Assembly: GCA_965230925.1 (NCBI GenBank)
Contig: OZ246403.1
Span: 202,455-266,454, forward strand
From: an uncultured Candidatus Saccharibacteria bacterium
GTDB taxonomy: Bacteria; Patescibacteriota; Minisyncoccia; Phycocordibacterales; JACOZG01
Reading direction: 5' to 3'
Length of the DNA stretch: 64,000 nucleotides
Shown here: in pieces, positions 28,777 to 37,464 of the stretch
Numbering within the stretch: the first letter of the stretch is position 1
Layout: the number at the start of each line of letters is the position of its first letter
Made by a program: the position numbers and the translations under genes
Notes under the pieces: generated by a model
Database searches by the model: none
Told to the model about the DNA's origin: nothing
The model's input: only the letters and a program-made list of their open reading frames with translations

Positions 28777-29266
28777 CACAGCAGTCGACAAGTTTGTCCA
28801 CAATATCCTCAAATGACCACGGCTTTTCGCTCGCCGCTATTTTCTTAAATCCTGAAGGATCAACAAGCTTAAGGCGCAGGAACCAGAACATAGAGTACAT
28901 CTTGTAGGCTCGGTCAAACATTTCCACCGCTTCAGTTTTCTTGCCATCAGAATTTAGTTTTGTCCCAACCTCAATTAACCTCATCGTGGTGGCAAGTAAA
29001 TGCTTGGAGATACACCAGGTTTCGCCCTCATTCTTGTCCATCATTTTAGCCAGTAATTCTTTTCTGGTATTTCGCACCTGGGTAAGAAAATCAAAATACT
29101 CCGGTTTTTTGGTCTTCACCCCGGTAAAAAAGAAATGTTCTTCAAGACTAACGAGGTTCATGATCGCAAGACTTAAATCTTCTTCCGTCGAAAGATCAAC
29201 ACTTCCGGACTTTTTCATTTGTTCCACCTTTTCAAGCAAGACATCGAATTGTTGTTTGGTGATCAT
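28766..29266 (-). CDS. Hypothetical protein
   Basis: ATG at 29266 (MITKQQFDVLLEKVEQ); C-terminal CC pair; no known family. Confidence 0.35.
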   Translation of the reverse strand: MITKQQFDVLLEKVEQMKKSGSVDLSTEEDLSLAIMNLVSLEEHFFFTGVKTKKPEYFDFLTQVRNTRKELLAKMMDKNEGETWCISKHLLATTMRLIEVGTKLNSDGKKTEAVEMFDRAYKMYSMFWFLRLKLVDPSGFKKIAASEKPWSFEDIVDKLVDCCDEK

Positions 29267-29271
29267 AATGT

Positions 29272-30054
29272 TTAGAGAAATAAAATTAAAAGACCGAGGA
29301 TTAACATCGCCACGCCGCCCCAGAGCCTCATTTGTTTGGTTTCCGCCTTCTTCCACGCTTTTACTTTTTCAAGCAGGGTGCTATCGCTCGCAATAAACAA
29401 AATAATTACCAGTGGCAAAACGAAAATGAGGTTGTAGAGCAATAGGTAGCCAACACCAGCTAGGTAAGTTCCTTGATCATGCAGAAGTCCAAGGACCATT
29501 AGATACGGGCCACCAGTACACGGGAATTCACAGAGCCCCACTAGTGCCCCCAGAAGAAACACGGCTGGCAATGAGGCTTTATTCATAAGTGAGGCTATTT
29601 TAGTGTGCGCCACCTGCGGAATACGAAGCTTGATTGGGAATGAAGGAAAAAACTCGTTGATGAGATTGATTCCACCAAGGACGACTAGAAGCGCCGCCCC
29701 AACCTTCGCCATAAAGTGCGGAGTATTGAAGAGATGAAGAGCCTGCAGAATTCCCAAACCAATAAGAATGTAGACCACCATAAGCCCAAGAATGTAGACA
29801 CCGCCAATCTTTAGAATGCTAGACCGACTTTTTTGCAAAGACAGCAAAAAAGCAACGGTGAGAAGCAGAATACCGAAGGCGCAAGGGTTAATACTATCGA
29901 TCAACGCCGCCACACCAACCAGAGGCAGTAGCCATTTACCTTCCGCACTTAAACTCCAGAGAGCCGTCGTGCCAATATTGCCCACCTTTAGGAAAACCAC
30001 TGAACCGATAAGTAGGACGGCAAAAACAATAAGAATTATTAACTTTTTACTCAT
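29272..30054 (-). CDS. ccdA: CcdA/DsbD-family thiol-disulfide transmembrane electron transporter
   Basis: ATG at 30054; conserved Cys in TM1 (SINPCAFGILLL) and TM4 (GLCEFPCTGGPYL). Confidence 0.7.
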   Translation of the reverse strand: MSKKLIILIVFAVLLIGSVVFLKVGNIGTTALWSLSAEGKWLLPLVGVAALIDSINPCAFGILLLTVAFLLSLQKSRSSILKIGGVYILGLMVVYILIGLGILQALHLFNTPHFMAKVGAALLVVLGGINLINEFFPSFPIKLRIPQVAHTKIASLMNKASLPAVFLLGALVGLCEFPCTGGPYLMVLGLLHDQGTYLAGVGYLLLYNLIFVLPLVIILFIASDSTLLEKVKAWKKAETKQMRLWGGVAMLILGLLILFL

Positions 30055-30058
30055 AAGA

Positions 30059-30556
30059 TTAAGGTGTAACTGTCGCCGAAAACTGAAGTTCAATTGGTTC
30101 ACCGGCATTGTTTTCTAAGACAATTGACCTCTGAATTTGACCAACCCCGGCTGGACCATGAGCCGCGGGATCAAAAACGACCTCAACAATCGCTTCTTCA
30201 CTAGGACTAATTAACCCATCGATTTTGGGAACTGCTCCGTGTCCTGGCATACCGAAGGGACCAAACTGCCCACTGGCGGTTAACAATTCAGCGGTGGTAC
30301 ACATGCAGGAAGTGTACATTTTGTCGACAGTGACACCTTCACTACTAATGTTTTTGATTTTGAATTGATGCTTTACTTTTCCGGCCACCATTGAGATGGT
30401 GCCGAAATCGTAGTTGCTAGCTTCTTGCACGGTCAGGGCACTATTGCTATTTGCTGATATTTTGCCATTGCCTTGAGAAGGATCGGGGCGAGCAGACCAA
30501 ACAAGTCCCCCGAAAACAATAACCCCCACAATAATTCCGATAATAGTTTTGTTCAT
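30059..30556 (-). CDS. DUF1573-domain protein, membrane-anchored
   Basis: TM anchor; conserved CMC motif (YTSCMCTTAEL) and Ig-like beta pattern. Confidence 0.55.
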   Translation of the reverse strand: MNKTIIGIIVGVIVFGGLVWSARPDPSQGNGKISANSNSALTVQEASNYDFGTISMVAGKVKHQFKIKNISSEGVTVDKMYTSCMCTTAELLTASGQFGPFGMPGHGAVPKIDGLISPSEEAIVEVVFDPAAHGPAGVGQIQRSIVLENNAGEPIELQFSATVTP

Positions 30557-30630
30557 GTTTTAGCTTAAAATTAAAATAGAAAAAACGCGCAACACAAACC
30601 CGTTCGACAAAACGGCTCTGAATTGGCGTC

Positions 30631-31038
30631 TTAAAAAGAAGCAGGACTATTCTCGTGAAGTGCTAACCAGCGCAAAAACTTTTTCTTAGACGGCAGACTA
30701 AATTGTTCTACCCCATATCGGCAACCAGAAAAACTAAACGAGGGCGAAACAAGATACTTACCGAAAGGTGTACCCAAAAATGCCCAGAGCGCCAACAAAG
30801 CAAAAAACAAAAAGAAAGCTGAAACCTGACCACCAAGAGTGGCTAGAGAAAAATCACGAAGGGCATCGAGATGAAAATTGAGAGACTTAATAATATTCCC
30901 CGTCTCCGGACAAACTACTCCCCGCGTGATGGCGATTGGACAACCCCCATCACTGTGGTTCATTGTGTGTATCCCGAAAACACCAAAAACAGCAACACCT
31001 ATGAGCCCAATGAGTAAAAAAGTGCCCAGATACTTCAT
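30631..31038 (-). CDS. Hypothetical membrane protein with paired Cys
   Basis: GGCPIAITRGVVCPETG between TM helices. Confidence 0.4.
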   Translation of the reverse strand: MKYLGTFLLIGLIGVAVFGVFGIHTMNHSDGGCPIAITRGVVCPETGNIIKSLNFHLDALRDFSLATLGGQVSAFFLFFALLALWAFLGTPFGKYLVSPSFSFSGCRYGVEQFSLPSKKKFLRWLALHENSPASF

Positions 31039-31117
31039 ATCAGCACATCATACTACCACGAAGCCAAAACCTCAAGAATGTGGTCAACCAGTTCGGCAAA
31101 ACGAAACAATTCTTAAA

Positions 31118-31489
31118 CTAAACCTTAGGCGTCTTGGGTGGCCAGTGCATGAGGAGGAGAGCCAGCGGTGCGCCCCAATTGGCCCAACGCTCCACGAAGT
31201 CCCAGATCGGCATACCCACAATCGGTCGGAGTAGCGCCGTCCAGAAACCCCAGAACACCATCCAGAGCAAAGCGATCCGAACGGGCTTGAACAAAACAAG
31301 AATCGCGAGCGCAATATCCATAATTCCGATAATAAAAAGTAGCTGGGTCGCGAGATTAGGATCAGTAACCCCAAAGTTCGAGAACCAGCCAATCCAATCC
31401 TTCTTACCCTGAAGAGCAAAAACACCATGACCAATGAACTCCCCCGCCACCGCCAGGCGCAATACCCAATCCATTAGTTTTGTATTCAT
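31118..31489 (-). CDS. DoxX-like family membrane protein
   Basis: LRLAVAGEFIGHGVFALQG N-terminal pattern resembles DoxX; 4 TM. Confidence 0.4.
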   Translation of the reverse strand: MNTKLMDWVLRLAVAGEFIGHGVFALQGKKDWIGWFSNFGVTDPNLATQLLFIIGIMDIALAILVLFKPVRIALLWMVFWGFWTALLRPIVGMPIWDFVERWANWGAPLALLLMHWPPKTPKV

Positions 31490-31555
31490 GTTTTTATTAC
31501 TAAACTAATAAGTTTAAGTATAACACCAGCTTCTCAAGAGGGGCTGTGACTAACT

Positions 31556-31828
31556 TTAGTCAATCTTTTTCTGGAGACGCTTATAGAGCGAGCCAGTGAA
31601 AACGAGAACAATGAGCCCGATGATAAAAACAACTATCGGGTTGTCTTCTAGTAGCGGAATTTTAAAAATAATTTCATCGAAGCCGTGCAAAACTGACATG
31701 ACCCCAAAGAGAACTAGGAAAGAAAATGTGATGGGATAGCGACTAAAAACACTTTGCGTCTTGCTCTCCATGAAATGATTCACCTTCATGGTGGCATTTT
31801 CTATTTCATGTAGCGGGTCTTTTATCAT
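31556..31828 (-). CDS. Hypothetical small membrane protein
   Basis: 90 aa, two hydrophobic helices. Confidence 0.3.
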   Translation of the reverse strand: MIKDPLHEIENATMKVNHFMESKTQSVFSRYPITFSFLVLFGVMSVLHGFDEIIFKIPLLEDNPIVVFIIGLIVLVFTGSLYKRLQKKID

Positions 31829-31927
31829 TCTGGAATTATATCATGCCTTGATTTGAGGTCGGGTGGTCTAAACAACAGAAAGGGTCGCCTCGGCATAACA
31901 CCGGTGCGACCCGTTTTGCATACCACC

Positions 31928-32389
31928 TCAGTACTCCTTCGGCGGCGGAATGACCGGATCACCGGTCTTAATGATTCCACCCACTATCACTTCGGCAACC
32001 AATCCTCCCCGATCAAAGAACGTTTCCTGAAAACTCTTCGAATTTCCAGAGAGCTTGCTTGGTCTGCGACACGGATCGCAATACTTCACGCCACGAAAGC
32101 GCGCGCGCCCAATTTGGAATTCCCTACCGATGAGCCACATCAGCTCAACACCTTCAATGAAGATGTTTCGGCGACTGTCTTTGAACTCAAAACCGCTCCC
32201 GGCAAAGAAAATCGCGTTCATCATCGTGACCTGACGACTGCCTTGCTGGCCTTTATTGAAGCTCCCCTCCCCAGTCGAGTACCGATCACCCTTGAGACCT
32301 TGTCCGACGACCGCTTCCACTTCCAAAATTTCCTGCATTGGCTCACCGGCCACTGGGCCAACGCAAATCGCTTTGACAATCCCGTTCAT
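31928..32389 (-). CDS. MOSC-domain protein
   Basis: GDRY, RQVTMM, IFIEGVEL and C-terminal GDPV motifs of MOSC beta-barrel. Confidence 0.6.
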   Translation of the reverse strand: MNGIVKAICVGPVAGEPMQEILEVEAVVGQGLKGDRYSTGEGSFNKGQQGSRQVTMMNAIFFAGSGFEFKDSRRNIFIEGVELMWLIGREFQIGRARFRGVKYCDPCRRPSKLSGNSKSFQETFFDRGGLVAEVIVGGIIKTGDPVIPPPKEY

Positions 32390-32509
32390 GTTTTGACCCT
32401 TTCGTTTCTGAAGGTTACATTAAGATCTACGTCTGAATCGAATTCTACTCACTTTATAGTAAAAAACAAACTGGACACAAATTAATTACAACTTTGATAG
32501 AATAACCTG

Positions 32510-32731
32510 ATGCATAAAATGCCAGCGGATTTACAGAAAGCCATTGCGGCGGCGCCGAGAGCGAAGGCTACGTGGGAAGACATTACGCCGCTGGCACGCA
32601 ATGAGTGGATCTGCTGGGTAACGAGCGGCAAGAAGACGGAAACGAGAACTATCCGGATCGAGAAAGCGCTCTCCAAGCTCGGGGGTGGCATGCGCCGACC
32701 CTGCTGTTGGGCCGGCTGTGTTCATCGATAA
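32510..32731 (+). CDS. YdeI/OmpD-associated (OmdA) family protein
   Basis: PADLQKAIAAAPRAKATWEDITPLARNEWICWVTSGKKTETRTIRIEKALSKL matches family consensus. Confidence 0.55.
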   Translation: MHKMPADLQKAIAAAPRAKATWEDITPLARNEWICWVTSGKKTETRTIRIEKALSKLGGGMRRPCCWAGCVHR

Positions 32732-32770
32732 GATATCAAAATCTCTATCTAATCTTAAACTCAATATTGT

Positions 32771-33232
32771 GTGCTAATATTACATACTATGAACAATTCA
32801 CGCTTTAGCACCACTGCTTTTCGCATAATTCTCGTATTATTAGGCATTATTAATCTGTTTTTGGGAATCAATATTGTTGCAGGAGGCATAGAGACGATGG
32901 GTTGGACGGGTCTCGAAAATTTTTTACAAATCACCAACGAATCGATGTACTCTGTGCAAGACAGTCATGTGCGCTTCTTCGGAGGTTTATATGCGGGTGT
33001 CGGCCTATTCTTGCTGTTAGCGTCGAGTAACGTGAAAAAATATCGTGATGGATTATACCTCACCTTCTTTTTAATTTTTATTGGCGGCCTCGGACGACTC
33101 GGCCTCCCACAATCTGATGTGCTGTTTGGTTCCAAAATTATCGGGTCTTTTGTCGTAGAACTACTCGGGATGCCACTTTTGTCGTTCTGGCTATTCAAAA
33201 AGACCGCTCAACCCAATACTCCCACTGTGTAG
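32771..33232 (+). CDS. Hypothetical membrane protein
   Basis: 153 aa, 4 TM. Confidence 0.4.
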   Translation: MLILHTMNNSRFSTTAFRIILVLLGIINLFLGINIVAGGIETMGWTGLENFLQITNESMYSVQDSHVRFFGGLYAGVGLFLLLASSNVKKYRDGLYLTFFLIFIGGLGRLGLPQSDVLFGSKIIGSFVVELLGMPLLSFWLFKKTAQPNTPTV

Positions 33233-33275
33233 CGCTGTGTTTATCGCCTGCCACGAGGAGCTGGCGAAAATTCAT

Positions 33276-34103
33276 ATGACAACAATCATTCGGAAATATC
33301 CAGCACTATCGTTGCTTTTTCTGGCCATGATTTTAGGCGCTGCCCCCTTACTTGCAGTACGCGCCGGATTGCTTCCTCAAGGAGCAACGCAATTAGGAGC
33401 ATTTAGCGCTGGATTGGCCGGAATTATCCTTGCGGCAATTGAGAACCGGGCAAATGCCGGCAAATTACTCCGCAGTCTCCTGATCTGGCGCGTAAATATC
33501 TGGTGGTGGATCTTTGCAATATTCTTTTTGATTATTCCCTCTGTCTCTGCCTTATACCTTTTTGATCTGCTTGGTGGACCAGAGGTTGATTGGAGTGGCT
33601 TGAAACCACTTTATAGCGTGATACCCACTATTATTGTACTAACCGTCTTAGCCGGACTAGGCGAAGAATTTGGTTGGAGAGGATTTCTCTTGCCAAGACT
33701 TCAGGCTCGCCACAACGCGCTTGTTGCTAGTTTGATTGTCGGATTAGTGTGGGGCCTGTGGCATATACCTCTTTTCCTTACCCCAGGGACAACTCAATAT
33801 GCCTGGCGCATGGAAGCCGGCACAACAATCGCCATCCTCGGCTACACACTTTTCTGCGTGGCATGGTCAATCCAATACACCTGGGTTTTCAATAACACAA
33901 AAGGAAGCGTGCTACTTGCCGCTCTCATACACGGAGCAGGCAACGCTTGGATTGGTAGCTACATTAATGTTTACAGGGGTCATTTCTGGGGTATCATCAC
34001 CTTTACCGTCGTGATGTTGGCTGTGTCTATTTTTATTGTCCTAATATCTGGGGCAACCAATCTTTCTCACACACAAAACAGGATTGTTCAGGAGCCAAAC
34101 TGA
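33276..34103 (+). CDS. CPBP-family intramembrane metalloprotease (CAAX protease-like)
   Basis: ATG at 33276; EEFGWRGFLLPRL (EExxxR) and WGLWHIPLF (HxxxP) motifs. Confidence 0.7.
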   Translation: MTTIIRKYPALSLLFLAMILGAAPLLAVRAGLLPQGATQLGAFSAGLAGIILAAIENRANAGKLLRSLLIWRVNIWWWIFAIFFLIIPSVSALYLFDLLGGPEVDWSGLKPLYSVIPTIIVLTVLAGLGEEFGWRGFLLPRLQARHNALVASLIVGLVWGLWHIPLFLTPGTTQYAWRMEAGTTIAILGYTLFCVAWSIQYTWVFNNTKGSVLLAALIHGAGNAWIGSYINVYRGHFWGIITFTVVMLAVSIFIVLISGATNLSHTQNRIVQEPN

Positions 34104-34146
34104 AGAATTTTATCTCTCCAGCTTTTTTCTTAGTTCATCGATATTA

Positions 34147-34305
34147 TTTAGAAGAAAATTCAATTATCCACTCAATACCGTATTTGTCTCGAAACATCGC
34201 AAAGTATGAACCCCAAGGGCTGTCGGCAATAGGCATTTCAACAATGCCACCCGCTGAAAGTCCGTTGAATAATCTATCTGCTTCTTCTGAAGTTAATCCA
34301 AGGAT
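34147..34305 (-). pseudogene. C-terminal remnant (~50 codons, no start) of a VOC/PhnB-family gene abutting the tRNA-Asn 3' end
   Basis: Own minus-strand translation: ...VEMPIADSPWGSYFAMFRDKYGIEWIIEFSSK*; frame closed by stops at 34306-34317. Confidence 0.45.
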
Positions 34306-34319
34306 TTATTGTTGTCATG

Positions 34320-34391
34320 CTCCGGAGGCAGGATTCGAACCTGCGACCAACCGCTTAACAGGCGGTCGCTCTACCACTGAGCTACTCCGGA
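34320..34391 (-). tRNA. tRNA-Asn (anticodon GTT)
   Basis: TCCGGAG-TA-GCTCAGTGGTAGAGC-G-ACCGC-CTGTTAA-GCGGT-TGGTC-GCAGGTTCGAATCCTGC-CTCCGGA-G; cloverleaf drawn by hand; CCA not encoded. Confidence 0.85.
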
Positions 34392-34463
34392 ATGCGAGAA
34401 TTATCATAGCAAAAAGTTAGAAAAACACCATTTTATAAGCGCCCATCAGAGTTATCCCCAACT

Positions 34464-34498
34464 TTGGCTTGCGTGGTGAACTGTGGTTCACCTATAAT
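34464..34498 (+). promoter_or_regulatory. SOS promoter: -35 TTGCGT, Cheo-type LexA box GTGAACTGTGGTTCAC (34476-34491) overlapping -10 TATAAT (34493-34498)
   Basis: Perfect GAAC-N4-GTTC palindrome directly read; TATAAT places TSS at about the ATG of the next ORF (34505). Confidence 0.65.
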
Positions 34499-34504
34499 GG
34501 TGAC

Positions 34505-34717
34505 ATGCAAAAAGAAAATTTAATTAGGGTCATGCAAGATGAATTGCGGCAGTTGAATCAAGAAATTGATTTACGGATTGTGAAGGGTTTGTCTTATCAA
34601 CACGCGGCCAAGCGCCACAAGTTCCTGATGAAGCAATTGAGCAACTTAACCCATGTCCGATTCGGTAATAATCGTACGAGTTTCTGGCCACGCCTCGCTT
34701 CTGCCTTCGCCTTCTAA
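34505..34717 (+). CDS. Small hypothetical protein (70 aa) co-transcribed with lexA
   Basis: ATG at 34505 (MQKENLIRVMQDELRQ); stop overlaps lexA ATG (TAATG); basic, helical. Confidence 0.35.
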   Translation: MQKENLIRVMQDELRQLNQEIDLRIVKGLSYQHAAKRHKFLMKQLSNLTHVRFGNNRTSFWPRLASAFAF

Positions 34718-35280
34718 TGGAAGAATATAAAAATAAAATTATCGCCTTCTTTGAACGCACGCGGCGCATGCCGGGCTACAAGGAACTGATGGCGATCACC
34801 GGCTTCAAGTCTAAAAACGCGGTATATAAATTAATTAACAAACTCGTCGAGGCCGGAATTTTAAATAAAGATGCAAGCGGGAAGATTACGCTCAATCGCG
34901 CGCTGGGTGAAGTGCCCTTGCTCGGTCTTGTGGAAGCTGGCTTCCCCTCGCCTGGTGAAGAAGCAGTGCTCGACACCATTAATCTCGACGATTATTTGAT
35001 AAAAAACAAACTCTCGACTTATTTACTCGAGGTGAAGGGAGACTCGATGATCGAAGCTGGTATCCACGAGGGCGACTTGGTGATGGCCGAGCGCGGCAAG
35101 GTAGCCAAAGTTGGCGATATCGTCATCGCCCAAGTGGATGGTGATTACACACTCAAGTATTATCGGCAGAAAGGAAATCAGAGTTACCTCGAGCCGGCCA
35201 ACAAGAAATATAAACCCATCTACCCCACCACTGATCTTAAAATTGAGGCGGTGGTGAAGGCGGTTATTAGGAAATATTAG
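34717..35280 (+). CDS. lexA: LexA repressor (S24 peptidase)
   Basis: N-terminal wHTH; cleavage site AG; GDSM Ser and KY Lys motifs of S24. Confidence 0.85.
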   Translation: MEEYKNKIIAFFERTRRMPGYKELMAITGFKSKNAVYKLINKLVEAGILNKDASGKITLNRALGEVPLLGLVEAGFPSPGEEAVLDTINLDDYLIKNKLSTYLLEVKGDSMIEAGIHEGDLVMAERGKVAKVGDIVIAQVDGDYTLKYYRQKGNQSYLEPANKKYKPIYPTTDLKIEAVVKAVIRKY

Positions 35281-35299
35281 ATCATGATATATTTTATAC

Positions 35300-35857
35300 G
35301 TGTTTACGAGGAAATCATTTATCTTTTCTCTCCTCATTATCGTCTGCACCATTGCTTTGCTTCTATCGCTCGGCCGCTTACCCTTCTGCAAGTGCGATAA
35401 GATCGCGCTCTGGTCGGGCGATATTAATGGGCCGGAGAATTCTCAACAAATTGTTGACCCTTACAGCTTCACCCACGTGATCCACGGCCTCGCCTTCTAC
35501 GGCGCGCTCCACCTTATTGCGCCGCAAGTTGCTCTCCCCGCGAGACTCCTCATCGCCGTGGGTGTTGAATCTGGCTGGGAAGTGCTCGAGAATACCAATT
35601 TCACCATCGATCGCTATCGAGAAGACACGGTGTCGTATGGCTACTACGGTGACAGCATCCTCAACTCGATTAGTGACATTATTATGATGGTGATCGGTTT
35701 CTACCTCGCAGCTAAACTCAAACCCTGGCACACCGTCGCCTTGATTGTCTTGATCGAGATCATTCTCGCCCTCACCATCCGCGACGGCTTGCTGATCAAT
35801 ATTATTATGTTAATCTGGCCCCTCGAATGGCTCAAGAACTGGCAATTGGGAACGTAA
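35300..35857 (+). CDS. Hypothetical membrane protein
   Basis: 185 aa, 4-5 TM; CKC near N-terminus. Confidence 0.45.
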   Translation: MFTRKSFIFSLLIIVCTIALLLSLGRLPFCKCDKIALWSGDINGPENSQQIVDPYSFTHVIHGLAFYGALHLIAPQVALPARLLIAVGVESGWEVLENTNFTIDRYREDTVSYGYYGDSILNSISDIIMMVIGFYLAAKLKPWHTVALIVLIEIILALTIRDGLLINIIMLIWPLEWLKNWQLGT

Positions 35858-36417
35858 TCAAGGTCCTCAAGGAGGGCGGCGTTGGCGTGCTCCCAACCGA
35901 TACTTTATATGGCCTTTCGGCCTCGGTGTTTAAACCTGAAGCGGTAGAAAAAATTTATAAACTGAAAGGCAAAGACGCGAGTAAACCCTTAATTATCTTA
36001 ATCAATTCGTTTGAAGATTTAGCAACATTGGGCATAAAAATTGATCCAACGAAGGAAGAAATTTTAAGAAAAATCTGGCCGGGAGCGATAAGCGTAATCT
36101 TGCCTTGCGACAACAATGATCTTGAATATCTCCACCGGGGAACCAGAACTCTCGCAGTCCGCCTGCCAAACAAGCCAGACCTGATCGAGTTCTTACAGCA
36201 AACTGGACCAATTATCTCCACCAGCGTAAACGCAACTAATCAGCCGCCAGCCAGCACCATCGCCGAGGCAAAAAATTATTTTGGTGATCAAGTCAACTTC
36301 TATCTCGACGCCGGCCCGCTCGCCGGCGCACCGTCTACTCTTATCTCTCTCGTAAACGATAAAGTCGAGATTCTGCGCCAAGGTGCAGTTCAAATTCCTT
36401 CTGATTTGCTAAACTAG
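35827..36417 (+). CDS. tsaC: L-threonylcarbamoyladenylate synthase (YrdC/TsaC family)
   Basis: GVGVLPTDTLYGLSASV YrdC signature; 196 aa. Confidence 0.8.
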   Translation: MAQELAIGNVIKVLKEGGVGVLPTDTLYGLSASVFKPEAVEKIYKLKGKDASKPLIILINSFEDLATLGIKIDPTKEEILRKIWPGAISVILPCDNNDLEYLHRGTRTLAVRLPNKPDLIEFLQQTGPIISTSVNATNQPPASTIAEAKNYFGDQVNFYLDAGPLAGAPSTLISLVNDKVEILRQGAVQIPSDLLN

Positions 36418-36421
36418 AGTA

Positions 36422-36754
36422 ATGGATTTAGACAATCGCCATTGTGTGCCCTGTGAGAAAAATATGCCTCCATTAACGGAGGCGCAACTACACGGATTCT
36501 TGAAGGAACTTTTGACTCCATGGGAGGTGGTTGATGGGAAGAAGTTAAAAAAAGAATTCACCTTCCCCGACTTCCGCCACTCGATGCTTTTTATAAACAA
36601 AATAGCGCCGCTCGCCGAGCGCGAAGGCCATCATCCCGATATTTACATTTTCTACAATAAAGTAGTAATCGAACTCTGGACCCACAAAATCGGCGGCCTC
36701 TCCGAAAACGACTTCATCTTAGCGCGAAAGATTGAGAAGTTAACTATAGATTAA
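36422..36754 (+). CDS. Pterin-4a-carbinolamine dehydratase
   Basis: EGHHPD motif and ELWTHKIGGLSENDFILARKIE typical PCD core. Confidence 0.8.
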   Translation: MDLDNRHCVPCEKNMPPLTEAQLHGFLKELLTPWEVVDGKKLKKEFTFPDFRHSMLFINKIAPLAEREGHHPDIYIFYNKVVIELWTHKIGGLSENDFILARKIEKLTID

Positions 36755-37109
36755 TTTTGAAATGATATCCTTGAATTTCCTGCGCTCGGGCAAAGAATGC
36801 TTTTTGTTGGCTCTCATTAAATTCAAACAACTCAACTTCAATTTCCATATTATCTGAGGGCTGGAAAACTTGTTGGAAAGCCAAAAGACGACCATTACCC
36901 TCGAAGGCAATGTGAGAATTACCATCGCGAATCACTTTAATCCACGTAAGCGAAGGCAAATAGTTCCCTAAGAATTCTTGCGTGATCTCTCGTTTCGAGA
37001 GTAAATCTGCCTTATGCTCGGTGAGAACTTGAACTCGCTCGGCCACCTTCTCGAGTGCTGTTGGTCGCGTGATGTCGTGAATTAATTGGACGGAAAAAAG
37101 TGGCACCAT
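36744..37109 (-). CDS. Hypothetical protein (start uncertain)
   Basis: Track ORF extends to 37343 but overlaps copZ; first in-frame ATG after copZ is at 37109; weak DG..H..A..GNGRLLA resemblance to ParB/Srx-fold. Confidence 0.3.
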   Translation of the reverse strand: MVPLFSVQLIHDITRPTALEKVAERVQVLTEHKADLLSKREITQEFLGNYLPSLTWIKVIRDGNSHIAFEGNGRLLAFQQVFQPSDNMEIEVELFEFNESQQKAFFARAQEIQGYHFKINL

Positions 37110-37248
37110 TACCGTACGGCGAGAAATTTTCTCCCGCTCGATACGGGCAATAAAATATGCGAGTTCGGCATCGCGCGGACTAAGATGCTTAAGCTCTGGC
37201 GCCTTCTGCGCCAACCACCGCCAAATTCTTGAGAAAGTTCCAGCCAAA

Positions 37249-37455
37249 TTAAATTGCCTTATATCCCAGATCAGCGATGGATTTCTGAATCGCGTCTTTG
37301 GTGACGACGGCGGGGTCAAATTCGAAGGTGCCCTTCTTGCCATCGTAATCTACAAAGACACTCTTTACTCCGTCCATTCCCGAGACCAGCATCTGAATCC
37401 CCGTCGCACACGCCCCGCAATGCATCCCCTCAATCTGCATATCAATTTTTTCCAT
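37249..37455 (-). CDS. copZ: Copper chaperone CopZ (HMA domain)
   Basis: GMHCGACATGI MxCxxC motif; 68 aa ferredoxin-like. Confidence 0.8.
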   Translation of the reverse strand: MEKIDMQIEGMHCGACATGIQMLVSGMDGVKSVFVDYDGKKGTFEFDPAVVTKDAIQKSIADLGYKAI

Positions 37456-37464
37456 AGTTTTAAA

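Noticed and set aside
34184-34420. 78-aa plus-strand ORF
   Set aside because: Runs straight through the tRNA-Asn gene and is antisense to the VOC remnant; artefact.
36744-37343. Long 199-aa version of the ORF downstream of copZ
   Set aside because: Its first 31 codons overlap copZ, which has a clear MxCxxC HMA domain, in another frame. It was shortened to the first in-frame ATG after copZ and given low confidence.
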